Below are positions 11,201 through 23,200 of a stretch of DNA of 64,000 nucleotides, piece by piece (position 1 is the stretch's first letter; every line of letters starts with the position of its first letter). A model generated the notes under the pieces. The model saw only the letters and a program-made list of their open reading frames with translations. It was not told the origin of the DNA and searched no databases. This DNA is from Haplodiscus bocki (lineage: Eukaryota), in contig OZ296650.1 of NCBI GenBank assembly GCA_965655095.1, forward strand, positions 131,006,001-131,070,000, written 5' to 3'. Position numbers and translations under genes: made by a program.

Positions 11201-14200
11201 TTGGGGAAAACTATTTGGGGAATGGGGCCGATAAGAATAATAGAAGGAGGTGATGGTTGGTTGCAGGCGAAAGAAAGTCTACGAAAGTGAAAGTTGACCA
11301 TGAATCAATAAAAAATGAAATTTGATGAGTTGAATTGAAAGAATACGAACAAGTTAACGGTGTAGATTTAGAAGAGCTGTTCACTGATCCACATTTGAAC
11401 AGAATTGGATAATGATTACTGACGAGAAAATTTTTTGCACCAAAAATTTGTCCAATGGGGATTCATCTTCCTGTAGAATGTTATCAGGAGTTTTTCCATC
11501 TTCGTGCGTCGGAAAGTCGAGAAGGGTAGAAAGACTATAAGATATGATTATTTCAAGATATTGATTTTCAAGGGAAGACGTCGGAAGCATAGAAATCCAA
11601 TCTGTGCCAGGCATGTTTAAAACACACTGAAGGCATAAGTTGGAAGTGTAGTTTGGAGGAATGACGGATGAAGAAAATGTTTCGCATGTTCGATACAATT
11701 GTTCAAATCTTTAGGAGAGATAACAAAAAAGCTACTCAAACGAGGTAAGTAGACTAATAAGAAAATAAGAGCTGAAACTGAGGGTTGCAACCAAATATAG
11801 TCTGATGCAAAATCAAAGGTGATTGGCAATTGAAGTGGTATGAAATGGGAACGTAGTGAATTTTTCGGCAAAATTGCCACACCGCCATGTCTACCTTTCT
11901 GGTTTTCACTGCGGCATAACACTTGAAACTGTCCAAATAGTGAGAGACATTTGTTATCAAAAAAGTTGTTAAGCCAGGTCTCAGTTATGAAGAGCAAGTC
12001 AACGGAGTTAATCATAGAGAAGTCTAAAAGAGACTCTCTTGCATTCGGCTACTGGACTTGGATATCGATTAACCAACACTGAGTAGGGGTAGTAGGTAGT
12101 CATTTATTTACTGGGGTAATATTTGGAATGTCATTTATGATTTCTTGAATCGGCGTCGAGGAATCGATAAGATGAGCATTGTAAAGTTTGAGTTCATGAA
12201 TGCGAAATAGATGCTTTTGGAAACAGTTATGAGTCAATTCATATCGTAAACTAAGCATTGCTTTCTGAATGAGGCGATCTTTCCAAAGTAATTTGGGTTG
12301 AACAAAAAATTTAGTACCCTTCAGCAGTCGTGCATTTGGCATAACCTCTCTCTTGTCAAATTCCGTAGATAATTAAACATCAATTGGACGAGGACGTCTG
12401 GGCGTTTGGCTTTTTCTGCCAAGCCTGTGAGCACTTCAAATCGTGTTAGTATTTTGCTCAATTTTCTCAAGTATTTCTCTGATAGCAGGTTCAACATCAT
12501 TTTTTTTTCTTTAACGTTATAGGAGACAATTATTGTCTTCTTGTCCTGCTTATCGTAGTCTCTTTCGTCAAGAGAGGCTTTAACAATGTCTGTCATTGTA
12601 CTTTTTCCACATGAAGTCGGAGCTTCAGTTACTGTTTCAGCGTTCGTGATCAAGTTATCAAGTTTATTTTCAAGTTGAGAAAAGTGATCAAAAGTCAACT
12701 TAGCTTGTTTGAGATGGACAAGAGAGTCGCGCAGAAAGCATAGAATCCAGTCCTTTGTGAGCTTTCCAGTCAATCGCTTGAAGCCATTGGAGTCAGTAGC
12801 CAGCAACTGGCTAATCGATGGGTATCAGTCCTTTCCATCGCTTGTTGAGTTGTGACGTGGATTGCCCATAGTTTCATCATCAGACATAATTTAACGGAAA
12901 CTATTTAATGAGTTTATCACAATTAGGCTTTCAATTTCCACCCAATTCACATAATTTGTCTCCTTCAAGTCATGCGGGCTGGGTCTGTTCTCTGTGACAC
13001 CTGGACTAGTGTTACCTGAGGAAAATGAAATTTATCTTGTCCAGTTGTAGGTGGGCGAGAAAGGTTTATCGTTTGAACGATCCCGTGCAAGGAAGAGAGG
13101 CTTATTATTGGAGCATTAAGGGCAAAATATCTGCAACACGAAGCTGTCTAATCACCTATACACATATAGAGAGAAGGCCCACAATAGCAGATCTCATTCT
13201 TATACTTCCCAAGAGCGGCCCTTAAGCCCTGATTCAGGGGCGGGGTAATAGCGGGATTGGATGACCAAGAAACTTCCAGATTTCATTTCATTGAAAGCTA
13301 TAGATTACTTTTAATTTTAACACATTATCTTCTGTGCTCCAAAATTATTCCCCATGTCCGAAGTGACCAAATAACTCAAAATTTATATTAGAATTGTGCA
13401 AATTTTGAGTTACTGTATTCTGTTCCCTCTGTCGCAAGATGTATTGTAAAAATGGAATTCATTCTCAAAACTGTGCAGCTGATAAGTTTAATCCATTTTG
13501 AACAATTTCATTAAAAGGCTTCGAAAAAGTTCTATCTTTGCTTTTAAACTCCTTCAGATGGTACACCAAAAACTCTGTGTAATTTGCTGCGGACACGTCA
13601 TAGTACACGGGTGATGTTGCAATACATGCAAAAGGTACTTTCATCTGCAATTTAGCGGCGGAACTACTACGGTTTTCCCTGCCCGTCATTTCAGGAGAAA
13701 ACTACAAAGTCCAGTCCATCAGACTCTGATATATTAACAGACTACTGGAAGGAATCTGATGGCTGTGCGATATAGCTCAGAAAAGTCTATGCGGCGGTAG
13801 TTCACTGGAAGGCTTATCTTCACCCTCACTAAGAACAAGTCTGGCTGTCAGTTTGAACAGATGCTCATGAAACACACGGCGGAAGCATCACGGCAAAATG
13901 AATGTAGCTTTATTACTGCCATAGTCATCCTCGTAATTCTAACGAAGAAAAAATGATTCATCGGGTGGATTAAAATGCTACAACAATCGGCTGCATCAAT
14001 GGGTAATTGAAAAGGTGGGAAAATTAATGGGCTGTTTCAGGAAGCCAATGCTGTCATTACACGTCGACCGGAATAGAACATGTCTAAGAAGATCAAAGAT
14101 GCTCAACAGTTTGACAGATCGGTTTAAGCCGGTGAACTTGTGAGTGCAAGTGGTCTTTCCCAGTCCAAAATAGTCATTTCCTCTTATACGAGAATAGATA

Positions 14201-17200
14201 GCAAATCGGTTGGGCAAGTTTTGCATGATGAACATCTTCGGCCGCTTTGAATCCCAAGTAACTTCAAAAAGCAACGAACGTCTTTCATTTTTCAATCTTT
14301 GACGAGAACAACCTCAAAGAACAACTCAGAGAAGAAGCAGTGAAACTTATAGGTAATCATGAAGCCTCTCTGGTCCTGATGCACATTAGTGGCAGAAATT
14401 GCTGAGCAGTTTCAGTCAATATTCAAAACCAGCCGTTCTCTTTATGAATGTTTCAAAAAAAAAGAAGAAGTAAAGGTGATCAACTCGGAAGACTTGGTAT
14501 TGGTCCTCCCTCCTATTATTGAAGAACGTGATACACAAAAGAGAGGCTTGTCCGAAGTGTTATAGAGACGACGGTAGTGCGGTTCAAACCCTCAACAAGA
14601 GGCGCAGCAGCACTGCGACATTCTGCAAAAATTATGCTCGGAAAGCTCAAATTTTTCGACAAAGCTGTTGAAACTTTTGGATTGTCTATCATAACTGACA
14701 GATCTAGAAAAATTGTCTTCCCTACACGCTAAGAATAGCAACGAGTCAGTTAACCACCGAGATGAGCGGATAGGTAGTAATTAAAGAACAGTGAAACGCC
14801 GTGAATGTATTTTGAAGTTTTCAAGCCCCATTAGACAATTGCAGATCGTCACAGAAGAAACCCAATATCTTCAAGTCTCCAATTTTGTTGCCCAAGCCGA
14901 ATTCGGTCGAGGAAACTGTTCGATATGAGGATTAAACCAAATTGAAGTCAACAAACCCGGGATAAATTCTGCATTGTTGTACTTTTCAACACAAACGTGA
15001 TTGAAAACACCTGTATCACCCATAATACCCCCAAAAACCAGCAATTGAGTCTTCTATTTGCAATCGAGTTCGTTCAAACGCGACTTGAGACGGATCATTG
15101 TTCGGAAGGGGCCAAAACTGAAAAACTTCGAAGAAAGCCGGTTTTATTTTTCTCCTTGAAGCTCCCATCAAGCACTCGCGAATCGTTTGCGAAAACCAAT
15201 ATACTTTCAAATTCTTTAGCTTTTCCCCATCCAAACTCACGTAAACTCTCCGATGGAAATGTAAACCAATTTGAAGACAACAAACACGAGGTAAAAGTGA
15301 ACACTGTTATTTATTGAAAACACCTGTATCAGGTTGATACCCCAAAAGCAGTCATTGAGTTTTTCTAACTTGTTAGTTTCAACTCGATACTGTTCGTAAC
15401 CCAATTAAGACGGATTAAGCGTGTGACGGGATCAAAACTTGGAAAAGCAGGTTTATACAAGTTTTTTAAAACTCCCTTTTTTTTAAACACCAGTGGATGG
15501 CCACAGAAACCCTATATACTTTCAATTTTCTTCTTTTGCCTCGCCAAGACTAACTGAGGCCACTTGTACTTTTTAATACAGAAGTGATTGAAACTGGTAT
15601 TTTTCGTTTTCAAACTCCGTTTTCAAATTCAGAGTGTTGTCAGGCAATTGCAGAAATTGTTTTGGCGGTTTCAGGACGAAGAAACTTTCCTATAGTAAAA
15701 TAAATTTTTTATTAGACAAAAACAACCTGGTTTCAAAGCCGAAAATTCAATAATATTTCCAACGGAAAATCTCATAAAATCTTGGTGATTGTTCGTGATG
15801 GTTCCCAAATCTTATGAAAAAGTTTCCACACTGTGAGGGAAGAACAGGTACACAAAATAATTTTATCTGGAAGAAAATTCCAAAACAGCAAGGGCTCCCC
15901 CTAAAAATATTTTGAGCCTTACTGGCGGCGCCGAGTCTGACCATTTTTGGCTTGTTCATCTGTTTGTTAGTTCTAAATAATGGTGTACTGAGACGGTTTT
16001 TAAAAAATGCGCCCCAGATAATGACCTTTTGATTTGTTGACGAAATTCCTCTTTTCCACATAAGGGCATAATGGATGGAGGAGCTGGTAAGTAGAGTTTT
16101 TATGTCTGGGAACTGTTTTAAGGGTCCATATTTATGGCCATACCACTTTTCCAATCGCTGGCAACTACGAAATGAGTTTGCTTTATTCGGTGGTTAAATG
16201 AAAAATAGGGTTGGTTGAGCCTGATATTTAGATTAGAAAATGTGGCAAAATAAATTTTGGCTGGAAAAGCTTACCTTTCAGCCCATCACATTAAGAGTAT
16301 TTGTTCAATCAGCTTCTTTATGACCCATTTTTGGTTTTATGTTCACCCGCCGATGTGGATGTTGAGTGATTCGCTGCCTCTAGTTAACCCCAATGGACCG
16401 GACCTAGCGCTGCTTTAAAGCAGCCTACTGTTTTTTCAACTTCTCAATCACTTTTCCACAAACTTCTATTCATTAGCACGCTAAATTTTTCACATTTTGT
16501 CACTCTGTCCAACTCGAACAGCATAGGGTTTCAAGGGACAATTCAATGTCTGCCGTTGGAAAACGCGCGTTCGCCTTGTCAAAAAAAATTCGGTTTTCGT
16601 AAAAATTCACTTTTTAGCAAAAGACATTTTCCTCCAAAATGCTTGCCGCGCTTGGCACGGCAACCTTGAATCATCACATACCCATGCTTTGTGCAAAGAA
16701 ACCCAATAACAGGCGGGGCTTTCTGGACCAAAATCAAAGTCAATATTAGACCTTTAAAATGCGTTAAAGTTCATTTCCCAGAAACGCGTAGTTGTGGAGA
16801 TATTCGACTTTGAATTTGTTAAATCACCTCCAAATTTCGCAAAATTGTCCAGTTTCATTGGGGTTAAATACTTTTTTTTTCAGTCCGGTCTACCAATCCC
16901 AAACGCTACTCTGTGAATGAAGCGGAAGGTGTCATTGAGTGTAGAGGAATTGTCGACATGTGAGTGCTTTTTCTGTTTCTACTGCTTTCTTTTTCAAAAA
17001 TTTGAATGCGCGGAAACAGGTATCACTACTTTTGTAGCTCTAACTATTGTTAACGCAAATCTGAAAAGACTTTTTATGAAAAAATGCCAGTTTTTGAATC
17101 TCATGAAAATGGTGTTTTCCGGAAATGGGCGATACCACCCATGCTAACGGTTTGCCGTTCAAAACCATGATGTAATTCTGCCCTGTACACCACCCATGCT

Positions 17201-20200
17201 CAAGTGTAATTTGTTAATGAGTATTAATGATGCGAAAGCACTTGACACCGTCGATAATCAAAGTATCTTTCACCAATCTCTAGTTTGTTTGGTTTTAGAG
17301 CAATTCGACATCTGGAAGTGAATGAACAAAACATCAACGTGAGAGACAAATTCCGAGTGCAATTGTTCGAAAATGAATCGATGCAAAATCCGGTTAATGA
17401 ATTATTTATTCATCTGCAGTTTTTCTTTTCAAATGTGTTGTCTAATTCATTCTCAATTGATGACTAAATTACAAATCAGTGTGAAGAAATACGTCGTGAG
17501 TATAAAACAATTTATGGAACGAATTGTAATCTAGGTTTTTGTAATCAGAAGAGCCTCGCTTTACCAAATGATGATTAAATCAGTCGCATGGGACTAAATT
17601 AGCAGTTGTAAAATGTCCACACAGTGCTTCATATTTCAGCACTGGGCCTTGTCTACGTGTCGATACTTTGCATTTCTGGTCATTCTCGAAGTTAGTTGGT
17701 TTTCTCGCGGGTTTGATTGCTATATTGTTAGTTTACCTTGCCACCGGGATTTATACAAGTTTTTTAATTTTGCCATCCTAATTTTTATACGGTTCGATGT
17801 AGAATCACGAGTTTATTTTCAATTTTCTTTGGGAAATTGGCAGTTTTAAAAAATATTACAAGTGATATTACAAAGATAACAGTGGTGAATTTTTAATTAA
17901 AAAGTCTTCAATTGTTCCCCATCCGTTCACAAGTGAGACAAGTTTCTAGATTTTGACAAAAGAAAGCGGAGTGCCCTAGGCTCGAACGCTGAACCGTTCA
18001 CACTGCAGTCGCATGCTCTACTGATTGTGCCTTTGCATCTTGAGAATCAGTATTTTACAAGAGAGAGAGAGAGAAAAAGGGAGAGGAGAAAGATCGAATC
18101 TTTTATTGTCTTTGTTGCACAAGTACTGTCAACAGATTAAGTATATTTTATTCAACATGGATTGGGGTTAATTTTTTTCCATGAAGTGTCACAAGCGTCG
18201 AGAATAGTTTCATTCACCTTCAATAGGTCGATAAATGCCCTTCTTACTTTCTCAATATTACAACTGATAAGAGCTACCAGAGAAGATGGCATTTCACCTC
18301 TATCAACACATTTTTAAACGCGCGCCTATTTATACGTTGACATTCAAAAATGAGAGGCATGCTCATTTGTATCATAATCACTGCACTCACAGCGGGAGCT
18401 CAGCATTCCACGTATCGTATTTCAGCATGTTCAATCCAAAATCATTGACCAATAACCTTGATGTACGGATCTGATAATTGGCAGACATTATTACGATCCA
18501 ATATTTCGAGAAATTTATTTCCTACAATCAGTCCCTTGTACTCAGTAGAAATTAATTTACTGTCAGTTTCTTTTTGCCAAATGTGCGAACAAAACCTATG
18601 AATAAACCCTAGAATACTTCCTCCACTCCTGCTGGAAGAAAAATATCGAAAGTCTTCAAGCAATCCATCATATTCTCGCGATAAGTGAGAATCATTGAAT
18701 TGTAAGAAAGATCTACAGATAGTTACATGCTCTTTTAAAATGCATAATCGCAAAGTTGAATTTTGAGCCAAAGCTGTGAGATAATTAAGAACCTGATGAA
18801 AGAACACTGTTCTCGGAGTAGGAATATGAAGAAGAGTGGAAGCCACATGCTTGTAAAATTGTTTTATTTTGGAGAAATGACAGCTCTGACAACATTCAAC
18901 CTTATCCCATCGAGCGATGATGGATTGCTGTCAAACCAGAGGTGAATAATACAAACAATTTTAGATTTGATGTACAAATTAAATAATTTCTAAACGAGAA
19001 GTCGGCTCATTGCCTCTATTCATGGTACATTTAAAGTTATTCCAAGTGAATAGGTTGGAGGCCGTCAATTGGTCAACATGACTTCTAAATTTCAGTTGCC
19101 GATCTATTTGAACACCAAGAACTTTGGCAACATCCGTAATTGGATTTTTTACCGAACTTTCAACAGTATTGAAAAGCCTTTGCTCAGTTTTAGTCTCGTT
19201 GATGACCAATCTCCATGTTTTGCAAAACTTCTGGAGTTTGATACTGTGTGACGGATTCAAAAACAGAACTTAGGCTCTTAATATCATCTGCGTTCTTATA
19301 TTTTGTTTTAGTTTTACACATAATCGGATGAGAAAACTATGAATAGTCATGGAGAAAGGACCGCACGTTGCAGTACACCAAGGAATGGAGTGGAAAAATT
19401 TCACCGACATTGGTGCACTTTAATGCGAGCACTTCTGTTTTTGATGAAACTTTAAGTTAGAGGTGTGATTCTCCCATGCAAACTATTTTGAGCAGATAAT
19501 AGAGGAATAAATCATGATTTATTGAATCGAAAGCCTTCTCGAAGTCGTAGAAAAAGGCCACACAGCAATCCCTAGAAGCAATCTTAGTTTTTGGATCAAA
19601 TATCAGCTGGTAAAGATAAGTCATAGTTGAACGTCCTTCCATGAAGCCAAATTGCTCAACCTCCAATTTGATTCGTTGTGACTTCCTCAATCTTTCATCG
19701 ATAAAACGTTCCAATACTTTGCCGAACAGAGAAGCTAAACAGATGGGTCTGTAAGACGAAGCATATGAATATTTTTTTCCGCTTTTTTCAAGAGCCTAAC
19801 CGACACCTTGTTAAAAGGCCAAAAACACTTATCTGAACATGTGTTAAAAAGGTGTAAAATTAGGCTGAGCGTAAACCTAAAGGACTTCAGAAACCGTGTG
19901 TTGGCCAGAAGGATCAATACCCTTACTAATGTCAACCCTACGGATTGCAGCAACCTATTAATTCATAGTTATTCTCTTGTTATTATCATAGCAAAGGTCA
20001 TTGATTGAATTTTGTTCGAGATTGTTTCTAGATTCATTTAAAGCCACATTAACCGCTGACACAGCTCATTGAGAAAGAATTGATCAAAGCATTTGTCCCG
20101 GAAGTGTCCGCCTTTGAAAAAGACCTCGAAAACTTTAGCCTTATTCGCGTCAGAACTTACTTTTTCCCCATCGTGAATCAAAAAAGGTTTGTTTTCTGAC

Positions 20201-23200
20201 GAGCTGTTCTCTTTGAAGCGTTTGACCGCTCTGAAGTATCTACTGTTCGTATCATTCAGATCGTTTACAGTTTTTTCAGTCCATCGGTTAATGTTCGTCC
20301 AATTTTCTTCCTTCGTTCTCAATTTAAGATCGACCAAGAATTCTTTATTAGACGGAGTATAATTCAACTTCAGCTTTCGTCGCGCCTTTTTGATATCAAG
20401 AGCTGGCTCACATAATTTAGCATTCTGATACGGATTTGAATGAATCGACTCAATTTTGGCTGGGATAAACTGATTACATTTATCGATTGATTGTAGTTCG
20501 TTGATTGATTGTAGAAGTTTTGAAGGCAATTGCTGAAACAAAACACCGAAGTTTTCCGGTACGTCCACCTCCAAGACAGAAGGCATATAATCCCTGTTTA
20601 CACGAGTAAGGTCACCTCTAATTTCAGAATTTTTTAGAGGTTCGGTGATGTTCAATTCATAACAGATTAGGCAATGACTAACGGAAGGCGCACCAGTAAA
20701 GAATGGGACTGCTTTTTCAACAAAAGTGAGTAAGTTGGACACTGAAGAGTCGCACAGACACAAGTCAATAACACTTCCACCATTAACATGGCTTCTAACA
20801 AGTGTTGGTTCGTAGGGAGATGACACAACAAAGCCCTCACTACCGCAAAAAATCTAACAGAGGTTTTCCATATCCATTAGACGTACTGTCATCCCAGGCC
20901 GTATGCCGTGCATTGAAATCTCTAAAAATAATTGGACCTTTGAGCTGGTTTTTACTGCAATTTTTTTGGCCGCGTTGAAACAGCTAATCATATTCATTAA
21001 ATTTATTTCATCAGACAAGCGAGAATGTATTGACCCGACTAGAACTTCTGTATCGCGAGACTTTATAACAACATTAACGACATTTAATTTTTCAAAAACA
21101 AATTCTTTCACTTAACTGGATTTTGAATGATTGTTTCCGAACAACACACATCCATGTGTTTGCACTCGAGAGTTGTACACATTGTAATTTTTGAATCCTA
21201 ACATTTGACCATGAGATTTCGACACAGCAACTAGATCAATGCCCTTATCATTTATGTAGCGATCCTGAGACAAACTTGAATGTGACGAAACTCCATCAAT
21301 GTTGACTTGCATCATTGCGAATTTAGAATTGGATTTATCCATTGAATTTTGAATCAACTCGGTCGTAATTTTCTATGAAAACTTTGCACCTCTTATCAAA
21401 TGCAGTGTGGCTACCATAACAATTTATGCAGTACACATAATCAAGTAGTATACATTTGTCGCTGTTGTCATGGGAGTTTTGAGAAACAGAATCACTATGA
21501 CATTTAGAAGGATGGTCGTAGCCACAAAAAGCACAAACTGGTTCAAAGTTGCGCATTTTGGAGATTAATTTCCCCATTTCGGACAATTGAACTTTGAATC
21601 AATTTAATTTTATCGATTTTCGCTTCCCTTTTGAAATGCATATTTGCTACGTTTATTCCACTATCGATAGCAATATCATATTCGGCTACTGATTTGAAAA
21701 GTAGTTCTAGAACAGAGCGACTGCTACGTTGATATCGTTTAAACTCTATCATTCCCTAAGTCTTTTTCGATTACATGAATCGAAAGGTCAATTGGAACAT
21801 CTTTAAATATGCCATGCAGCTTCTTGTTGGAGGCTTCATTATAGACTGCCTTGGTAGAGTTTCCCAAAAGATTGGACTTCCAACCAGTGGAGACTTTTGA
21901 ACAATCATGGGCATTGTTGAAGAGCAACAAAATTTTACCAGTTTTAGTTGGGAAACAGTAGTCTAGCTTGATATAAGGAAAGAACTGGTTTATCATTGTC
22001 TGCATGCTTGAGCTGGGCATTTCACGAGAAAAGTCACCAATTGTGAACAATTTTTGCTTCTGTGGATATTTTGATCGCTGAAACATCAGAGCATCAGTAG
22101 TTGGAGTGAGTTTCACCTTTTCAGCATAAGAGGGAGGAGACTTCAGAATATTTTCATTTTTCTCGAGAGAAGTTTCAATTGTACTATTTTTTTTTGAGAC
22201 AGCGATGTACAACCAGAGGTTCCAGCGGACTCAGAGGACTATCTTTGCCAATTCGTTTTGAGACCTTCGGCAGACAGGCTAGACAAAACCATCTGCATGC
22301 TGGGAAGCTGGTCAGTACATCGATTTGTAGCACAGAAAGATTGACACAGGCCCCATGAAACCATTTGGGACAGAGATCACAACCAATGGCAGCATCCTTC
22401 CCAGGCACAATGAGTGAGTGGCATTAGGCACATATGGGTCCAGAACCTGTGAGGTTTTTTTCCTGTTTCTTTTCCATCTTGCTTGTGACACTGCAACCAG
22501 AGACACTTTCCAAATTGAATAGTTTCAGAACAAATCTGGAACTATTCAGGTTTATCACAGGAATTAGGCTAACGAAATATGGATTAAGTACAGAAATAAC
22601 CGATCATACCTCGAAAATTTTGCTTTTGGAACTGGACCATAACTCACTGCTGGAACAAAATACTTGATCAAATGATAGGTTTTATCCAGAATCATACCAT
22701 TGAAAACAGAAAAACTTAAATAGCAGGAAATAGGTACGATAATGAACGATGAAGAAATTTTAAAACTAATGAATTCAATTGAACAAGTTAAATCTGATAC
22801 CATACGACATATAATTCAGTTGTTGTATGACAGAGGTTAGTTTGACACTAGAAAATGAAGAACAGAACTGGCAACAATATTTAACACTCAAGGATGAGCG
22901 TTTGATGGAAAATATGGAAACAACATCAGTAGAAAAGTTGAATAATATGTACCAGACTGAAAATACTCTACGAGCGAGAATATATTAGAGGTCCCAAAAG
23001 CTGGCCAGTAGAAGGATATATTTAGTATGCGATACCGCCTCAAACTAACCGACGATTAGAAAAATTTATTTTTTTTGGAATGAATTTATCTTTTTTTTGA
23101 AAAAATGTCCTTCGTCAATAATTAAAAAATATCATTGACCTGTAAAAAAACTTTAACGTTCACTGCTGTCAAATAACCCATCTCTGGAATTAGTAAATGA

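Noticed and set aside
17968-18035. Functional tRNA-Cys gene
   Set aside because: Acceptor and anticodon stems do not pair; only the promoter boxes are retained.
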